Positions 49,759-58,810 of a DNA stretch of 64,000 nt are shown one piece after another. The notes beneath the pieces are model-generated. The model was not told the DNA's origin and did no database searches. It saw nothing but the letters and a program-made list of their open reading frames with translations. The DNA comes from Nitrosomonadales bacterium. GTDB lineage: Bacteria > Pseudomonadota > Gammaproteobacteria > Burkholderiales > Gallionellaceae. Every line of letters begins with the position of its first letter. Position 1 is the stretch's first letter. The position numbers and the translations under genes were made by a program. Location of the stretch: assembly GCA_016208015.1 (NCBI GenBank), contig JACQYW010000015.1, forward strand, positions 43,903 to 107,902, written 5' to 3'.

Positions 49759-50390
49759 GCCTGCCCAATCAAGCCGACGAAGGCATCACCTTCGACACCT
49801 TCATGGAAGGCGTGTGGCGCCAGAACCCGGTGTTCGTGATGGTGCTGGGCATGTGCCCGACGCTGGCGGTCACCGTCTCCGCCGTCAACGGCCTGTCGAT
49901 GGGCGTCGCCACCCTGTTCGTGCTGGTCAGTTCCTGTCTGCTGGTGTCGCTGATCCGCCACCTGGTGCCCAAGGAAGTGCGCATCGCCACCTACATCGTG
50001 ATCATCGCCACTTTCGTGACGCTGGTCGATTACCTGATCCAGGCGGCCAGTCTGGCCCTGTATGAAGCACTGGGCGCGTTCATCCAGCTGATCGTGGTCA
50101 ACTGCATCATCCTCGGCCGCGCCGAAGCGCACGCGTCGAAGAACCCGCCGCTGAAAGCCGTGATCAACGCGCTGGGCATGGGCGTCGGTTTCGCCATCGG
50201 CCTGTTCGCGCTGGGCGCGACGCGCGAGATCCTGGGGGCGGGCAAGCTGTTCGGCATCACGCTGTTCGGCGAGAATTTCCAGCCCTGGGTGGTGATGGTG
50301 TTGCCGCCGGGCGGCTTCTTCGTGCTGGGCGGCTGGCTGTTGCTGTTCTCGCTGCTGCGCAGCCGCAAGGAAGGGAAGGTGCAGGCATGA
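49755..50390 (+). CDS. rnfE: Rnf subunit E
   Basis: QNPVF...LGMCPTLA, LIVVNCIILGRAE, PPGGF. Confidence 0.95.
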   Translation: MSLPNQADEGITFDTFMEGVWRQNPVFVMVLGMCPTLAVTVSAVNGLSMGVATLFVLVSSCLLVSLIRHLVPKEVRIATYIVIIATFVTLVDYLIQAASLALYEALGAFIQLIVVNCIILGRAEAHASKNPPLKAVINALGMGVGFAIGLFALGATREILGAGKLFGITLFGENFQPWVVMVLPPGGFFVLGGWLLLFSLLRSRKEGKVQA

Positions 50391-50971
50391 ACGAATCATT
50401 GAGCCAGATATTCATCGGCACGCTGCTGACCAACAACTTCGTGCTGGCCATGTTCCTCGGTCTGTGCCCCTTCCTTGGCGTATCGAGCCGTCTGGGCACC
50501 GCGGTTCCGATGGGCGCGGCGACGACCTTCGTGATGCTGGTCGCGTCGGTGTGCGCCTACGCGCTGAACCTGCTGCTGAACTATTTCCAGCTCGAATTCC
50601 TGCGCCTGATCTCCTACATCGTGGTGATCGCTTCTTCGGTGCAACTGGTCGAGATGGTGATGAAGAAGTACAGCCCGGCGCTGTTCCGCGCGCTCGGCAT
50701 CTTCCTGCCGCTGATCACCACCAACTGCGCGGTGCTGGCGGTGGCGCTGTTCCAGACCGCGCGCGAATACAGTTTCTCGCAATCGCTGGTGTTCGCGCTC
50801 GGCGGCGGTGCCGGCTTCACGCTGGCGCTGGTGCTGATGGCCTCGCTGCGCGAGCGCTTGCAACTCTCCAACGTGCCGACGCTGGTGCAGGGCACAGCGC
50901 TATCGCTGATCCTGGCGGGCCTGCTGTCGCTGACCTTCATGGGCTTCGCCGGATTGGGAGCGGGCGAATGA
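50387..50971 (+). CDS. rnfA: Rnf subunit A
   Basis: NNFVLAMFLGLCPFLG, LGIFLPLITTNCAVL. Confidence 0.95.
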   Translation: MNESLSQIFIGTLLTNNFVLAMFLGLCPFLGVSSRLGTAVPMGAATTFVMLVASVCAYALNLLLNYFQLEFLRLISYIVVIASSVQLVEMVMKKYSPALFRALGIFLPLITTNCAVLAVALFQTAREYSFSQSLVFALGGGAGFTLALVLMASLRERLQLSNVPTLVQGTALSLILAGLLSLTFMGFAGLGAGE

Positions 50972-51153
50972 TCTATTTGAAAACGATACTGATCGTACTG
51001 GGCCTGCTGGCCGGCTGGCTGGTCGTGCGCGCCATCGCGCGCCGCTTCGCCGCGCATCATCCCGAGTTCGGCGCGGTGCGCGAAGAGGGTGAAGGCTGCG
51101 GCTGCGGCAACCACAAGTGCGGCACCGACCAGTGCAAGCGCGAGGCGCATTGA
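50968..51153 (+). CDS. 61-aa membrane microprotein with Cys-rich C-terminal tail
   Basis: ATGA overlap with the rnfA stop; MIYLKTILIVLGLLAGWLVVRAIARR...GCGCGNHKCGTDQC. Confidence 0.7.
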   Translation: MIYLKTILIVLGLLAGWLVVRAIARRFAAHHPEFGAVREEGEGCGCGNHKCGTDQCKREAH

Positions 51154-51207
51154 GAGCAGATATTTATTTGTTCGGAAGATAGCAGTTCAACTTAACAGGA
51201 GAAGTTC

Positions 51208-53583
51208 ATGCAACCGTACGTCATTCCTTTCCAGTCTCTGGGAATCGCAGACATCCCGGAAGTGGGCGGAAAGAACGCATCGCTCGGAGAGATGATCTCC
51301 AACCTGAGTTCATCCGGCGTCCATGTGCCCGGCGGTTTCGCTACCACGGCACAGGCATACCGTGATTTTCTGGCGCATGACGGACTGGACAAACGCATCG
51401 AACAGGCGCTGGTCAAACTGAACATCGAGGATGTCACCGCGCTGGCCGAAGCCGGTCGCATGATCCGCAACTGGATCGTCGAAGCGCCGCTGCCCAAGCG
51501 ACTGGAAGACGAGATCCGCACCCACTACGCCAAGCTGGCCGCGGAAGGCGAAGGCAGCTTCGCGGTGCGTTCGTCGGCGACGGCAGAAGACCTGCCGGAC
51601 GCTTCGTTCGCTGGACAGCAGGAGACTTTCCTGAACATCCAGGGCATCGAGAACATCCTGCACGCGATCCGCGAAGTGTTCGCCTCGCTGTACAACGACC
51701 GCGCGATCTCTTACCGCGTGCACAAAGACTTTACGCATGCCGACGTGGCGCTGTCCGCCGGGGTGCAGCGCATGGTGCGTTCCGATCTGGGCGCGTCCGG
51801 CGTGTTGTTCACGCTGGATACCGAATCCGGTTTCCGCGACGCGGTGTTCGTCACTTCGTCTTTCGGTCTGGGCGAGATGGTAGTGCAGGGTGCGGTGAAT
51901 CCGGACGAGTTCTATGTGCACAAACAGCAACTGGCTGCGGGCTATCCGGCTGTCATCCGCCGCGCGCTGGGTTCCAAACAACAACGCATGGTGTTCGATG
52001 AGCAGCGTTCAGCCGGGCGTTCCTGCCGCATCGAACCGGTGCCGGTCGCCGACCAGCAGCGCTTCTCGCTCAGCGATGAAGACGTGCTGCAACTGGCACG
52101 CTACGCGGTCTCCATCGAGAAGCACTACGGGCGTCCGATGGACATCGAGTGGGGCAAGGACGGCATCGACGGCAAGCTCTACATCCTGCAAGCGCGCCCC
52201 GAGACGGTGAAGTCGAACGCGGGCAACGGCGGCACGGAGAAATTCCGCCTGCACCAGCGCGGCACCGTGCTGGTCGAAGGCCGCGCCATCGGCCAGAAGA
52301 TCGGCTCCGGCCGCGTGCGCATCGTCGCCAGCACCGCCGAGATGGACAAGGTGCAGGAAGGCGACGTGCTGGTCACCGACATGACCGACCCGAACTGGGA
52401 GCCGGTGATGAAGAAGGCTGCCGCCATCATCACCAACCGCGGCGGCCGCACCTGCCATGCCGCCATCATCGCGCGCGAACTGGGCATCCCCGCCATCGTC
52501 GGTTGCGGCCATGCCACCACCGCCTTGCAGGAAGGCGAGACCGTCACCGCCTCCTGTGCCGAAGGTGACACCGGTTACGTCTATCACGGCAAGCTGAATT
52601 TTGAAGTGGCCGTGCACAGCGAAGAAGAACTGCCGCCCATTCCCGTCAAGCTCATGCTCAATGTGGGCAATCCCACGCTGGCCTTCGAGTTCGCGCAACT
52701 GCCGTCGGCGGGCGTCGGTCTGGCGCGCCTCGAATTCATCATCAACAACCTCATCGGCATCCACCCCAAGGCGGTGCTGGAGCACAACAAGCTGCCGGCC
52801 AAACTTCACGAAGCCGTGCTGCAACGCTCGGCGGGTTACGCCAGCCCCGAGGAGTTCTACGTCGAGAAGATCACCGAGGGCGTGTCCACACTGGCGGCCG
52901 CGTTCTGGCCCAAGCCCGTGATCGTGCGCATGTCCGACTTCAAGTCGAACGAATACCGCAAGCTGATCGGCGGCGATATCTACGAGCCGATGGAAGAGAA
53001 CCCGATGATCGGTTTCCGCGGCGCGGGCCGTTACGTCGCGGCGAATTTCTCGGATTGTTTCGAATTGGAATGCCGCGCGATGAAGCGTGCGCGCGAGAAG
53101 CTCGGCTACACCAACATCGAGCTGATGATCCCCTTCGTGCGCACCGTCAAGGAAGCGAGCGAAGTCGTCTCCACGCTGGCCAAGCACGGTCTGAAACGCG
53201 GCGACAAAGGCCTGCGCCTGATCATGATGTGCGAGATCCCGTCCAACGCGCTACTGGCGGAAGAGTTCCTGCAACACTTCGACGGCTTCTCCATCGGCTC
53301 CAACGACCTGACCCAGCTCACGCTCGGTCTGGACCGCGACTCCAGCCTGGTGGCGGACCGCTTCGACGAGCGCGACCCGGCGGTGAAGGCATTGCTGAAG
53401 ATGGCGATCACGACCTGCAACCGTCTGGATAAATACGTGGGCATCTGCGGACAGGGCCCATCCGATCATTTCGATTTCGCCGAGTGGCTGGTTGAAGCAG
53501 GCATACAGACCATGTCGCTGAACCCGGACACGGTCATCGAGACCTGGCGCAGATTGGCCGAGAAAGGAATTGCCAAGCCTTAA
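51208..53583 (+). CDS. ppsA: Phosphoenolpyruvate synthase
   Basis: [50 protein letters not shown]. Confidence 0.97.
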   Translation: MQPYVIPFQSLGIADIPEVGGKNASLGEMISNLSSSGVHVPGGFATTAQAYRDFLAHDGLDKRIEQALVKLNIEDVTALAEAGRMIRNWIVEAPLPKRLEDEIRTHYAKLAAEGEGSFAVRSSATAEDLPDASFAGQQETFLNIQGIENILHAIREVFASLYNDRAISYRVHKDFTHADVALSAGVQRMVRSDLGASGVLFTLDTESGFRDAVFVTSSFGLGEMVVQGAVNPDEFYVHKQQLAAGYPAVIRRALGSKQQRMVFDEQRSAGRSCRIEPVPVADQQRFSLSDEDVLQLARYAVSIEKHYGRPMDIEWGKDGIDGKLYILQARPETVKSNAGNGGTEKFRLHQRGTVLVEGRAIGQKIGSGRVRIVASTAEMDKVQEGDVLVTDMTDPNWEPVMKKAAAIITNRGGRTCHAAIIARELGIPAIVGCGHATTALQEGETVTASCAEGDTGYVYHGKLNFEVAVHSEEELPPIPVKLMLNVGNPTLAFEFAQLPSAGVGLARLEFIINNLIGIHPKAVLEHNKLPAKLHEAVLQRSAGYASPEEFYVEKITEGVSTLAAAFWPKPVIVRMSDFKSNEYRKLIGGDIYEPMEENPMIGFRGAGRYVAANFSDCFELECRAMKRAREKLGYTNIELMIPFVRTVKEASEVVSTLAKHGLKRGDKGLRLIMMCEIPSNALLAEEFLQHFDGFSIGSNDLTQLTLGLDRDSSLVADRFDERDPAVKALLKMAITTCNRLDKYVGICGQGPSDHFDFAEWLVEAGIQTMSLNPDTVIETWRRLAEKGIAKP

Positions 53584-53686
53584 AAACTTGGCGACCACGG
53601 CAGCCGGATCCGGGTGAGTCCGGCTGCAGTAACCTCCAACCGGGCACGCAATGTGCGCGGTATCACCCAGTAAGTGTTTTCCTCTG

Positions 53687-53734
53687 CCCCTCCCCCATCC
53701 CACTCTCCCCTTTTGGGGGGAGGGGTCTTTTTTT
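53687..53734 (+). terminator. Terminator/REP-like hairpin after ppsA
   Basis: CCCCTCCCCC...GGGGGAGGGG followed by a T-run. Confidence 0.6.
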
Positions 53735-53829
53735 GTGCTTCGGAAAGTAGTGTGGAATCGAGTGCGAGACTGTTCGGTTGCCGGAAGGAAGACAGTTTCC
53801 TACGGCGTGGTTAGTGAGCCAAGAGAATG

Positions 53830-54231
53830 CTACGCAGCCTTAACCTCGTTGAGCAGGTCTGGGTGACGGTCCAACACCTTGAGCAGCTTCACCAAAGCCA
53901 GCGGCGGCTTGGTCTTCCCGTTCTCGTAACGCGAAAAGGCATTGATACCGCCACCGAATATTTCTGAGGCTTCGCGCTGGTCGAGAGCAAGCTTCTTGCG
54001 CACACTGGCGATATAGCCGGGGTCGATATAAGCGGCATTCACTTGCTTGTTGAATTGCAGCATCAAGTCACTGGTGCGAGTCGATTCTCCAAGGTCAAGA
54101 ATGGACTCGCCACAAGAGGGACAAAAATCGCCTGTCACCGCTACCATAGTGATGGTTTCACCCTTGTAGGTATAAGGCAGATCGCGGGTATCGTGGATCA
54201 GTTCGGCCGCGCCACATACTGGACATTTCAT
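53830..54231 (-). CDS. mqsA: MqsA antitoxin (Zn finger + HTH)
   Basis: MKCPVCG...CPSCGE; IFGGGINAFSRYENGKTKP. Confidence 0.95.
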   Translation of the reverse strand: MKCPVCGAAELIHDTRDLPYTYKGETITMVAVTGDFCPSCGESILDLGESTRTSDLMLQFNKQVNAAYIDPGYIASVRKKLALDQREASEIFGGGINAFSRYENGKTKPPLALVKLLKVLDRHPDLLNEVKAA

Positions 54232-54233
54232 GT

Positions 54234-54530
54234 TCATAGCTCCTTGAAAGACACAATCAGCACGTCATCAATGACCGTTAGCTTCAGATACACATCGCCC
54301 GCCTGCGTGCTTGTGCGGTAAACGTCCTGCCAGATCGTGTGATCGGCGTGCGTGGTCATGCTCTTGTAAAAATCCGCCGCCTTAAGTGCCATTACCACGG
54401 CCAGCATGTCAGGAACCCCAAGCCCCATCTGAGCCGCACCCAACACCGCCGAGTAAGTGGTGCGCACTTTTCCGGCCTCGACCAAGGTTCTGACGATAAC
54501 CAGCTTGCAGTGCGCGGTTCGTTTCTCCAT
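54234..54530 (-). CDS. mqsR: MqsR mRNA-interferase toxin
   Basis: MEKRTAHCKL, DFYKSMTT, WQDVYR, VSFKEL. Confidence 0.95.
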   Translation of the reverse strand: MEKRTAHCKLVIVRTLVEAGKVRTTYSAVLGAAQMGLGVPDMLAVVMALKAADFYKSMTTHADHTIWQDVYRTSTQAGDVYLKLTVIDDVLIVSFKEL

Positions 54531-54539
54531 AGTCGAATA

Positions 54540-54556
54540 CTAACCTAGTTGGTTAG
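54540..54556. promoter_or_regulatory. MqsA operator
   Basis: CTAACCTAGTTGGTTAG, one mismatch to the E. coli MqsA site TAACCT-N3-AGGTTA, 10 bp upstream of mqsR. Confidence 0.75.
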
Positions 54557-54600
54557 TGTTATCAATATGAAGCATTGCCTGGCGTTTGAACTTTTCATAT

Positions 54601-54800
54601 GGGCACCTCTAAAAATTCCAATTTCGTCATTCCGGCGGAGGCCGGAATCCAGTGAATTTAATAAATATGCCTTTGATGTTTGTCCTTGCGATGCAAGGAA
54701 TTTTTTAAGGACTGGATTCCGGCCTCCGCCGGATAACCAGCCACTTGCCAGCTTGCTGGCTTAGTGGATTGGCTAGTCGTTCCATCAATGACGGGGTTTA
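54601..54800. mobile_element. Composite MITE/REP element
   Basis: Starts GGGCACCTCTAAAAATT (same terminus as 21458). Contains CGTCATTCCGGCGGAGGCCGGAATCCAGT (54625) / ACTGGATTCCGGCCTCCGCCGGA (54711), the same family as 46548. Confidence 0.65.
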
Positions 54801-55034
54801 GGAGAAGCGTTGCACCGATATACGTTTTCCACATAACTCATTTTGATTGCAATCTCGTTACAAACCCAATGCTGTAGCGCGTTTGAGACGGTCGCGTGAA
54901 TTTTTTATTACAAGTCGGGTTTGAAAAGTTTCTTCGGCAGAATGCGCCTCGAATTCTCACTCAGGGGAATTTATCTGATTCCGTTGGTCGGTGTGTCGAT
55001 CAACGCAACCAACCCAAACTAAAGGAGCTTCAAG

Positions 55035-56132
55035 ATGCAAAAGAAACTGATCGCGCTGGCAATCGCCTCTGCAATTTCCGCACCTGCTTTCGCTGACAAC
55101 GCGAACTTCACCTTCTACGGCGCAGTCGATGTGTCCTATGACATGGTCAGCACCGGCGACGGCACGACCACTGCCAACGGCGCGACTGCCGTTACCGGCA
55201 CCAGCAAGCGCGTGGTGTCGAGCAACGTCTCCAAGTTCGGCTTCAAGGGTGCTGAAGACCTGGGCGGCGGTCTGGCTGCAGTCTGGCAGGTCGAGCAACA
55301 GATCAATACCGATGACGCTGCCAAAAACACCTTCGCCAGCCGCAACACTTTCGCCGGTTTGAAGAGCGAGACGCTGGGCACCGTGTTGATGGGCATCCAT
55401 GACACACCTTACAAGATATCCACCCGCAAGCTGGACGTGTTCGGCGACAACATCGCCGACAACCGCGCACTGCTGGGCAACAAGAGCAGCGCCGGTTTCG
55501 AACTCCGTCCCAAGGATGTGCTGGCCTATATCAGCCCGGCCCTGGGCGGCGTGACGGTGGCTGTTGCTACCGTCAACCTGACTGAAGGCAACACCACCAG
55601 CACGCAAAAGACCAACACCGCATTGAGCCTGGCCGCGATGTATGACGTCGCTCCTTTCTACGGTTCCGTCGCTTATGAAAAGCATGCCTTGGAAACAGTC
55701 GCTGCCGGCGCAAACGAGACGGCGACCCGTCTGGGTTTCGGTTTCAGCGAAGAGATGTTCTCGGTCGGTCTGGTGTATGAAAAGACCAGCGACAATCTTG
55801 GTGCGGCACAAGTCAACTCTCTGGGCCACACCGCATACTACCTGGGCGGCAAGTTCAATATCGGCCAAGATGCTGTGAAGTTCGCCTATGGCAAGGCTGG
55901 CGTGTTGGGTACCGGTGCAGCTCAAGTGGCCAACAGCGGCGCGAGCCAGGTTTCCGTCGGTTACGACCTGAGCATGAGCAAGCGTACCAAGCTGTATGCC
56001 CTGTACACCAAGATCAGCAACGGCAAGGGCATCAACTACGGCTTCTCGCAGAATTCCGGCGCCGCCAGCACCACTTCCGGTTTCGGTACATCGCCTTCCG
56101 CGATCTCGCTGGGCATGAAGCACTCTTTCTAA
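55035..56132 (+). CDS. Gram-negative general porin (betaproteobacterial type) 1
   Basis: MQKKLIALAI signal, FYGAVD, SKFGFKGAEDLGGG, LSMSKRT, GMKHSF. Confidence 0.92.
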   Translation: MQKKLIALAIASAISAPAFADNANFTFYGAVDVSYDMVSTGDGTTTANGATAVTGTSKRVVSSNVSKFGFKGAEDLGGGLAAVWQVEQQINTDDAAKNTFASRNTFAGLKSETLGTVLMGIHDTPYKISTRKLDVFGDNIADNRALLGNKSSAGFELRPKDVLAYISPALGGVTVAVATVNLTEGNTTSTQKTNTALSLAAMYDVAPFYGSVAYEKHALETVAAGANETATRLGFGFSEEMFSVGLVYEKTSDNLGAAQVNSLGHTAYYLGGKFNIGQDAVKFAYGKAGVLGTGAAQVANSGASQVSVGYDLSMSKRTKLYALYTKISNGKGINYGFSQNSGAASTTSGFGTSPSAISLGMKHSF

Positions 56133-56164
56133 GCAACTGCCCCATTAAGAAGCTTGAAAGACAG

Positions 56165-56192
56165 AACGGACACCTTCGGGTGTCCGTTTTTT
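56165..56192 (+). terminator. Rho-independent terminator (UUCG loop)
   Basis: AACGGACACC-TTCG-GGTGTCCGTT + T-run. Confidence 0.92.
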
Positions 56193-56397
56193 ATTGCGTT
56201 AAAACCCGACAAAATTGCTACAAAAATATGTAGCAGAAATGACACAAATCAACGGTTAATTATGGAGCAAACATTGATACAGCAAGGAGGAGGGTGATAC
56301 CTTGCGCCTCGGACTGGACGGGACATCCCGCCGATCCATAATTTTTCGGCAGGGATTGGCCCTGACGAAAAAATAACCCCCTGAGGAGATCATTCAA

Positions 56398-57477
56398 ATG
56401 CAAAAGAAAATTATCGCTTTGGCTATCGCTGCTGCTTTCTCCGCTCCGGCAATGGCCGATGTGACTATGTACGGTATCGTTGACGCTGCTGTGGTTAACG
56501 TTTCTGCTTCCGGTCAAAAGAGCGACCTGCTCGCTTATTCCGGTGGTCTGTCCGGTTCCCGTATCGGCGCCAAGGGTGCTGAAGACCTGGACAACGGCAT
56601 GAAGGCAGTTGTCGTGCTGGAATACGCTCTGGATACACAATCTTCTGATGCCATCGGCGTTGGTGCAATTCCTGCACGTCAAGAAATGCTGGCACTGGCT
56701 GGCGGCTTCGGTACCGTTGCTACCGGCTTCCTGCAAACCACCGGCTATGACTTCGCTGTCAAGTTCGACCCGACTTCCGGTTCTGCCGTGTCTCCGCTGC
56801 AAAACGTGACCAAGGGCCGTTTCCTGATCGGTACCGCAGCAGTTGCTGCTCGTGCTCCGCGCGCTCTGGCTTACATCTCCCCGGACATGGGCGGCGTGAC
56901 CGTTGCCGTGAACTACTCGACCGCTCTGGGTGGTCTGGGCAACCTGACTTTGGGTTCCGGCGCAACCACTGGCCTGAAGACCACAGCGATGCTGTTGTCC
57001 GCAACCTACACTGGCGTGGACAAGCTGGTCGTTGGTGCTGTGTATGCCGATACAGCCAACTCCAGCACTGGTGCAGGCGGTAACGGAACCACAGACCTGG
57101 CTCTGGGCGCTTCCTATGACCTGGGCGTTGCCAAGCTGATGGGTACTTACCAGACCAGCAAGGTTGACAACGGTACCGGTACCGACAAGGCGATTTCCAT
57201 GACTGCAGTTGCTCCGGTCGGTCCCGGCGCGGTGGTATTCACCTATGCCAAGAACACCATCGCCAGCACAGCTGCTGCCGACAGTGCGAACGGCATGACG
57301 CTGGCATGGCTGCAAGGTCTGTCCAAGACCACCACGCTGTACGCTGCCTACTCCAAGATGAGCCAGGATTCCGGTACACGTGCATACAGCGTGATCGGCA
57401 ACGCTTTGGCAGCACCGACTCTGGATCTGGGCGGCGGTTCCACTCTGATCGCTGTTGGCCTGAAGAAGGCATTCTAA
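56398..57477 (+). CDS. Gram-negative general porin 2
   Basis: MQKKIIALAI signal, MYGIVD, SRIGAKGAEDLDNG, LSKTT, GLKKAF. Codon use typical of highly expressed genes. Confidence 0.92.
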   Translation: MQKKIIALAIAAAFSAPAMADVTMYGIVDAAVVNVSASGQKSDLLAYSGGLSGSRIGAKGAEDLDNGMKAVVVLEYALDTQSSDAIGVGAIPARQEMLALAGGFGTVATGFLQTTGYDFAVKFDPTSGSAVSPLQNVTKGRFLIGTAAVAARAPRALAYISPDMGGVTVAVNYSTALGGLGNLTLGSGATTGLKTTAMLLSATYTGVDKLVVGAVYADTANSSTGAGGNGTTDLALGASYDLGVAKLMGTYQTSKVDNGTGTDKAISMTAVAPVGPGAVVFTYAKNTIASTAAADSANGMTLAWLQGLSKTTTLYAAYSKMSQDSGTRAYSVIGNALAAPTLDLGGGSTLIAVGLKKAF

Positions 57478-57505
57478 TCTGACCTAACCGTCAATTTAGG
57501 ATCTG

Positions 57506-57534
57506 AAACGGCCACCTTCGGGTGGCCGTTTTTT
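57506..57534 (+). terminator. Rho-independent terminator (UUCG loop)
   Basis: AAACGGCCACC-TTCG-GGTGGCCGTTT + T-run. Confidence 0.92.
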
Positions 57535-57536
57535 AT

Positions 57537-57565
57537 TTGACAGTCCATCGTTGAATGCCTACATT
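57537..57565 (+). promoter_or_regulatory. Sigma70 promoter of the DUF4160/DUF2442 pair
   Basis: TTGACA (57537) - 17 bp - TACATT (57560). Confidence 0.7.
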
Positions 57566-57597
57566 CAGTGGCATCTCTTGCTGGGAGGAAATTCAGA

Positions 57598-57867
57598 ATG
57601 CCAACGATCAGCATGTTTTATGGAATCGTTATCTACTTGTATTTCTTTGATGACGAGCGCCATAAATTGCCGCACTTTCACGCAAAATATCAAGGTCAGG
57701 ATGCGTCGTTCTCGATCCTCGATGGATCAATATTGTCGGGTCAAATACCGCCAGGAAAAGTAAAATTGGTTCAGGCGTAGATTGAAATTCATCGAGAAGC
57801 GCTGATGGCTGACTGGGAATTGGCGGTTAATGGTGAAGCGCCTTTTCGGATAGAGCCGCTTCAATAG
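57598..57867 (+). pseudogene. DUF4160 (putative type II toxin) interrupted by an in-frame TAG at 57778
   Basis: MPTISMFYGI...HKLPHFHAKY...VQA*IEIHREALMADWELA...IEPLQ. The frame continues in family-like sequence after the stop, where Trp (TGG) is expected. Confidence 0.8.
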
Positions 57868-57879
57868 GAGGGACGTAAC

Positions 57880-58128
57880 ATGGAATGCGTCACGAAAGTA
57901 CATACGAGATCTGATTTTAAAATGGAGTTGGAATTCAGCACTGGGGAATCGCGCCTTTTTGACCTGCGCCCCTATCTCGATAAAGGAGTATTCCAGCGTC
58001 TTAATGATGTTTCCCTATTCAAACAGGCATATGTCGCGTTCGATACGGTTTGCTGGCCGGGGAACATCGATATTGCGCCGGAGACGCTTTATGACTTGTC
58101 AGTCCCAATGCTGCAAACGGAGCATTAG
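57880..58128 (+). CDS. DUF2442 protein (putative antitoxin)
   Basis: LEFSTGESRLFDL, VCWPGNIDIAPETLY. Confidence 0.85.
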   Translation: MECVTKVHTRSDFKMELEFSTGESRLFDLRPYLDKGVFQRLNDVSLFKQAYVAFDTVCWPGNIDIAPETLYDLSVPMLQTEH

Positions 58129-58137
58129 GAGAAAAGT

Positions 58138-58764
58138 ATGCTGAATCTGGATACTTTGATCATCGAATTCGACAAGGGCCTGCGCACTCTGTTTGCCAAA
58201 GCGCCGACCGCGCGTCCCTATCCCGATGCCGATATCGCCGATGCGGCGATGAGCGAGGCGGAGAAGAAACATGCCGCCGCGCTGATGCGCATCAACCATA
58301 CCGGCGAGATCTGCGCCCAGGCCTTGTATCAGGGGCAGGCGTTGACGGCGAAGGACCCCGCGGTGGAGGCCAAGCTGAACCACGCGGCATGGGAAGAGAC
58401 CGAGCACCTGGCCTGGACCTCGCACCGCGTGTATGAACTGGGCGGTCGCCTGAGCCTGCTCAATCCATTCTGGTACACCGGCTCGCTGGCACTAGGGGCG
58501 CTGGCCGGTGCCTTGGGTGACAAGTGGAACCTGGGTTTTCTGGCCGAGACCGAGCGCCAGGTCGGCTCGCATCTACAGCATCACTTGGATACCCTGCCGC
58601 CGCAGGATGCCAAGAGTCGCGCCGTGGCGCAGCAGATGTACGTCGATGAAGTGGGTCATGCCGATATGGCGGTCGAGCTGGGTGCGGCGGAACTGCCGTT
58701 GCCGGTGAAACTGGCGATGCGCGGGATGTCGAAGGTGATGACGAAGACGGTTTATTGGGTTTGA
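58138..58764 (+). CDS. coq7: Demethoxyubiquinone hydroxylase Coq7 (di-iron)
   Basis: [42 protein letters not shown]. Confidence 0.93.
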   Translation: MLNLDTLIIEFDKGLRTLFAKAPTARPYPDADIADAAMSEAEKKHAAALMRINHTGEICAQALYQGQALTAKDPAVEAKLNHAAWEETEHLAWTSHRVYELGGRLSLLNPFWYTGSLALGALAGALGDKWNLGFLAETERQVGSHLQHHLDTLPPQDAKSRAVAQQMYVDEVGHADMAVELGAAELPLPVKLAMRGMSKVMTKTVYWV

Positions 58765-58810
58765 TGCGGTTGATGGTTGATGGCAGAGTCTTTTCAACCA
58801 TCAACCGGTT

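Noticed and set aside
54843-54856. GATTGCAATC palindrome upstream of porin 1 as a Fur box
   Set aside because: Only a 10-bp core; too weak a match to the 19-bp Fur consensus.
55035-57477. Porins as Cyc2/MtoB-type iron-oxidation conduits
   Set aside because: No CxxCH motif, no adjacent multihaem cytochrome, and the signatures are those of ordinary 16-strand porins.
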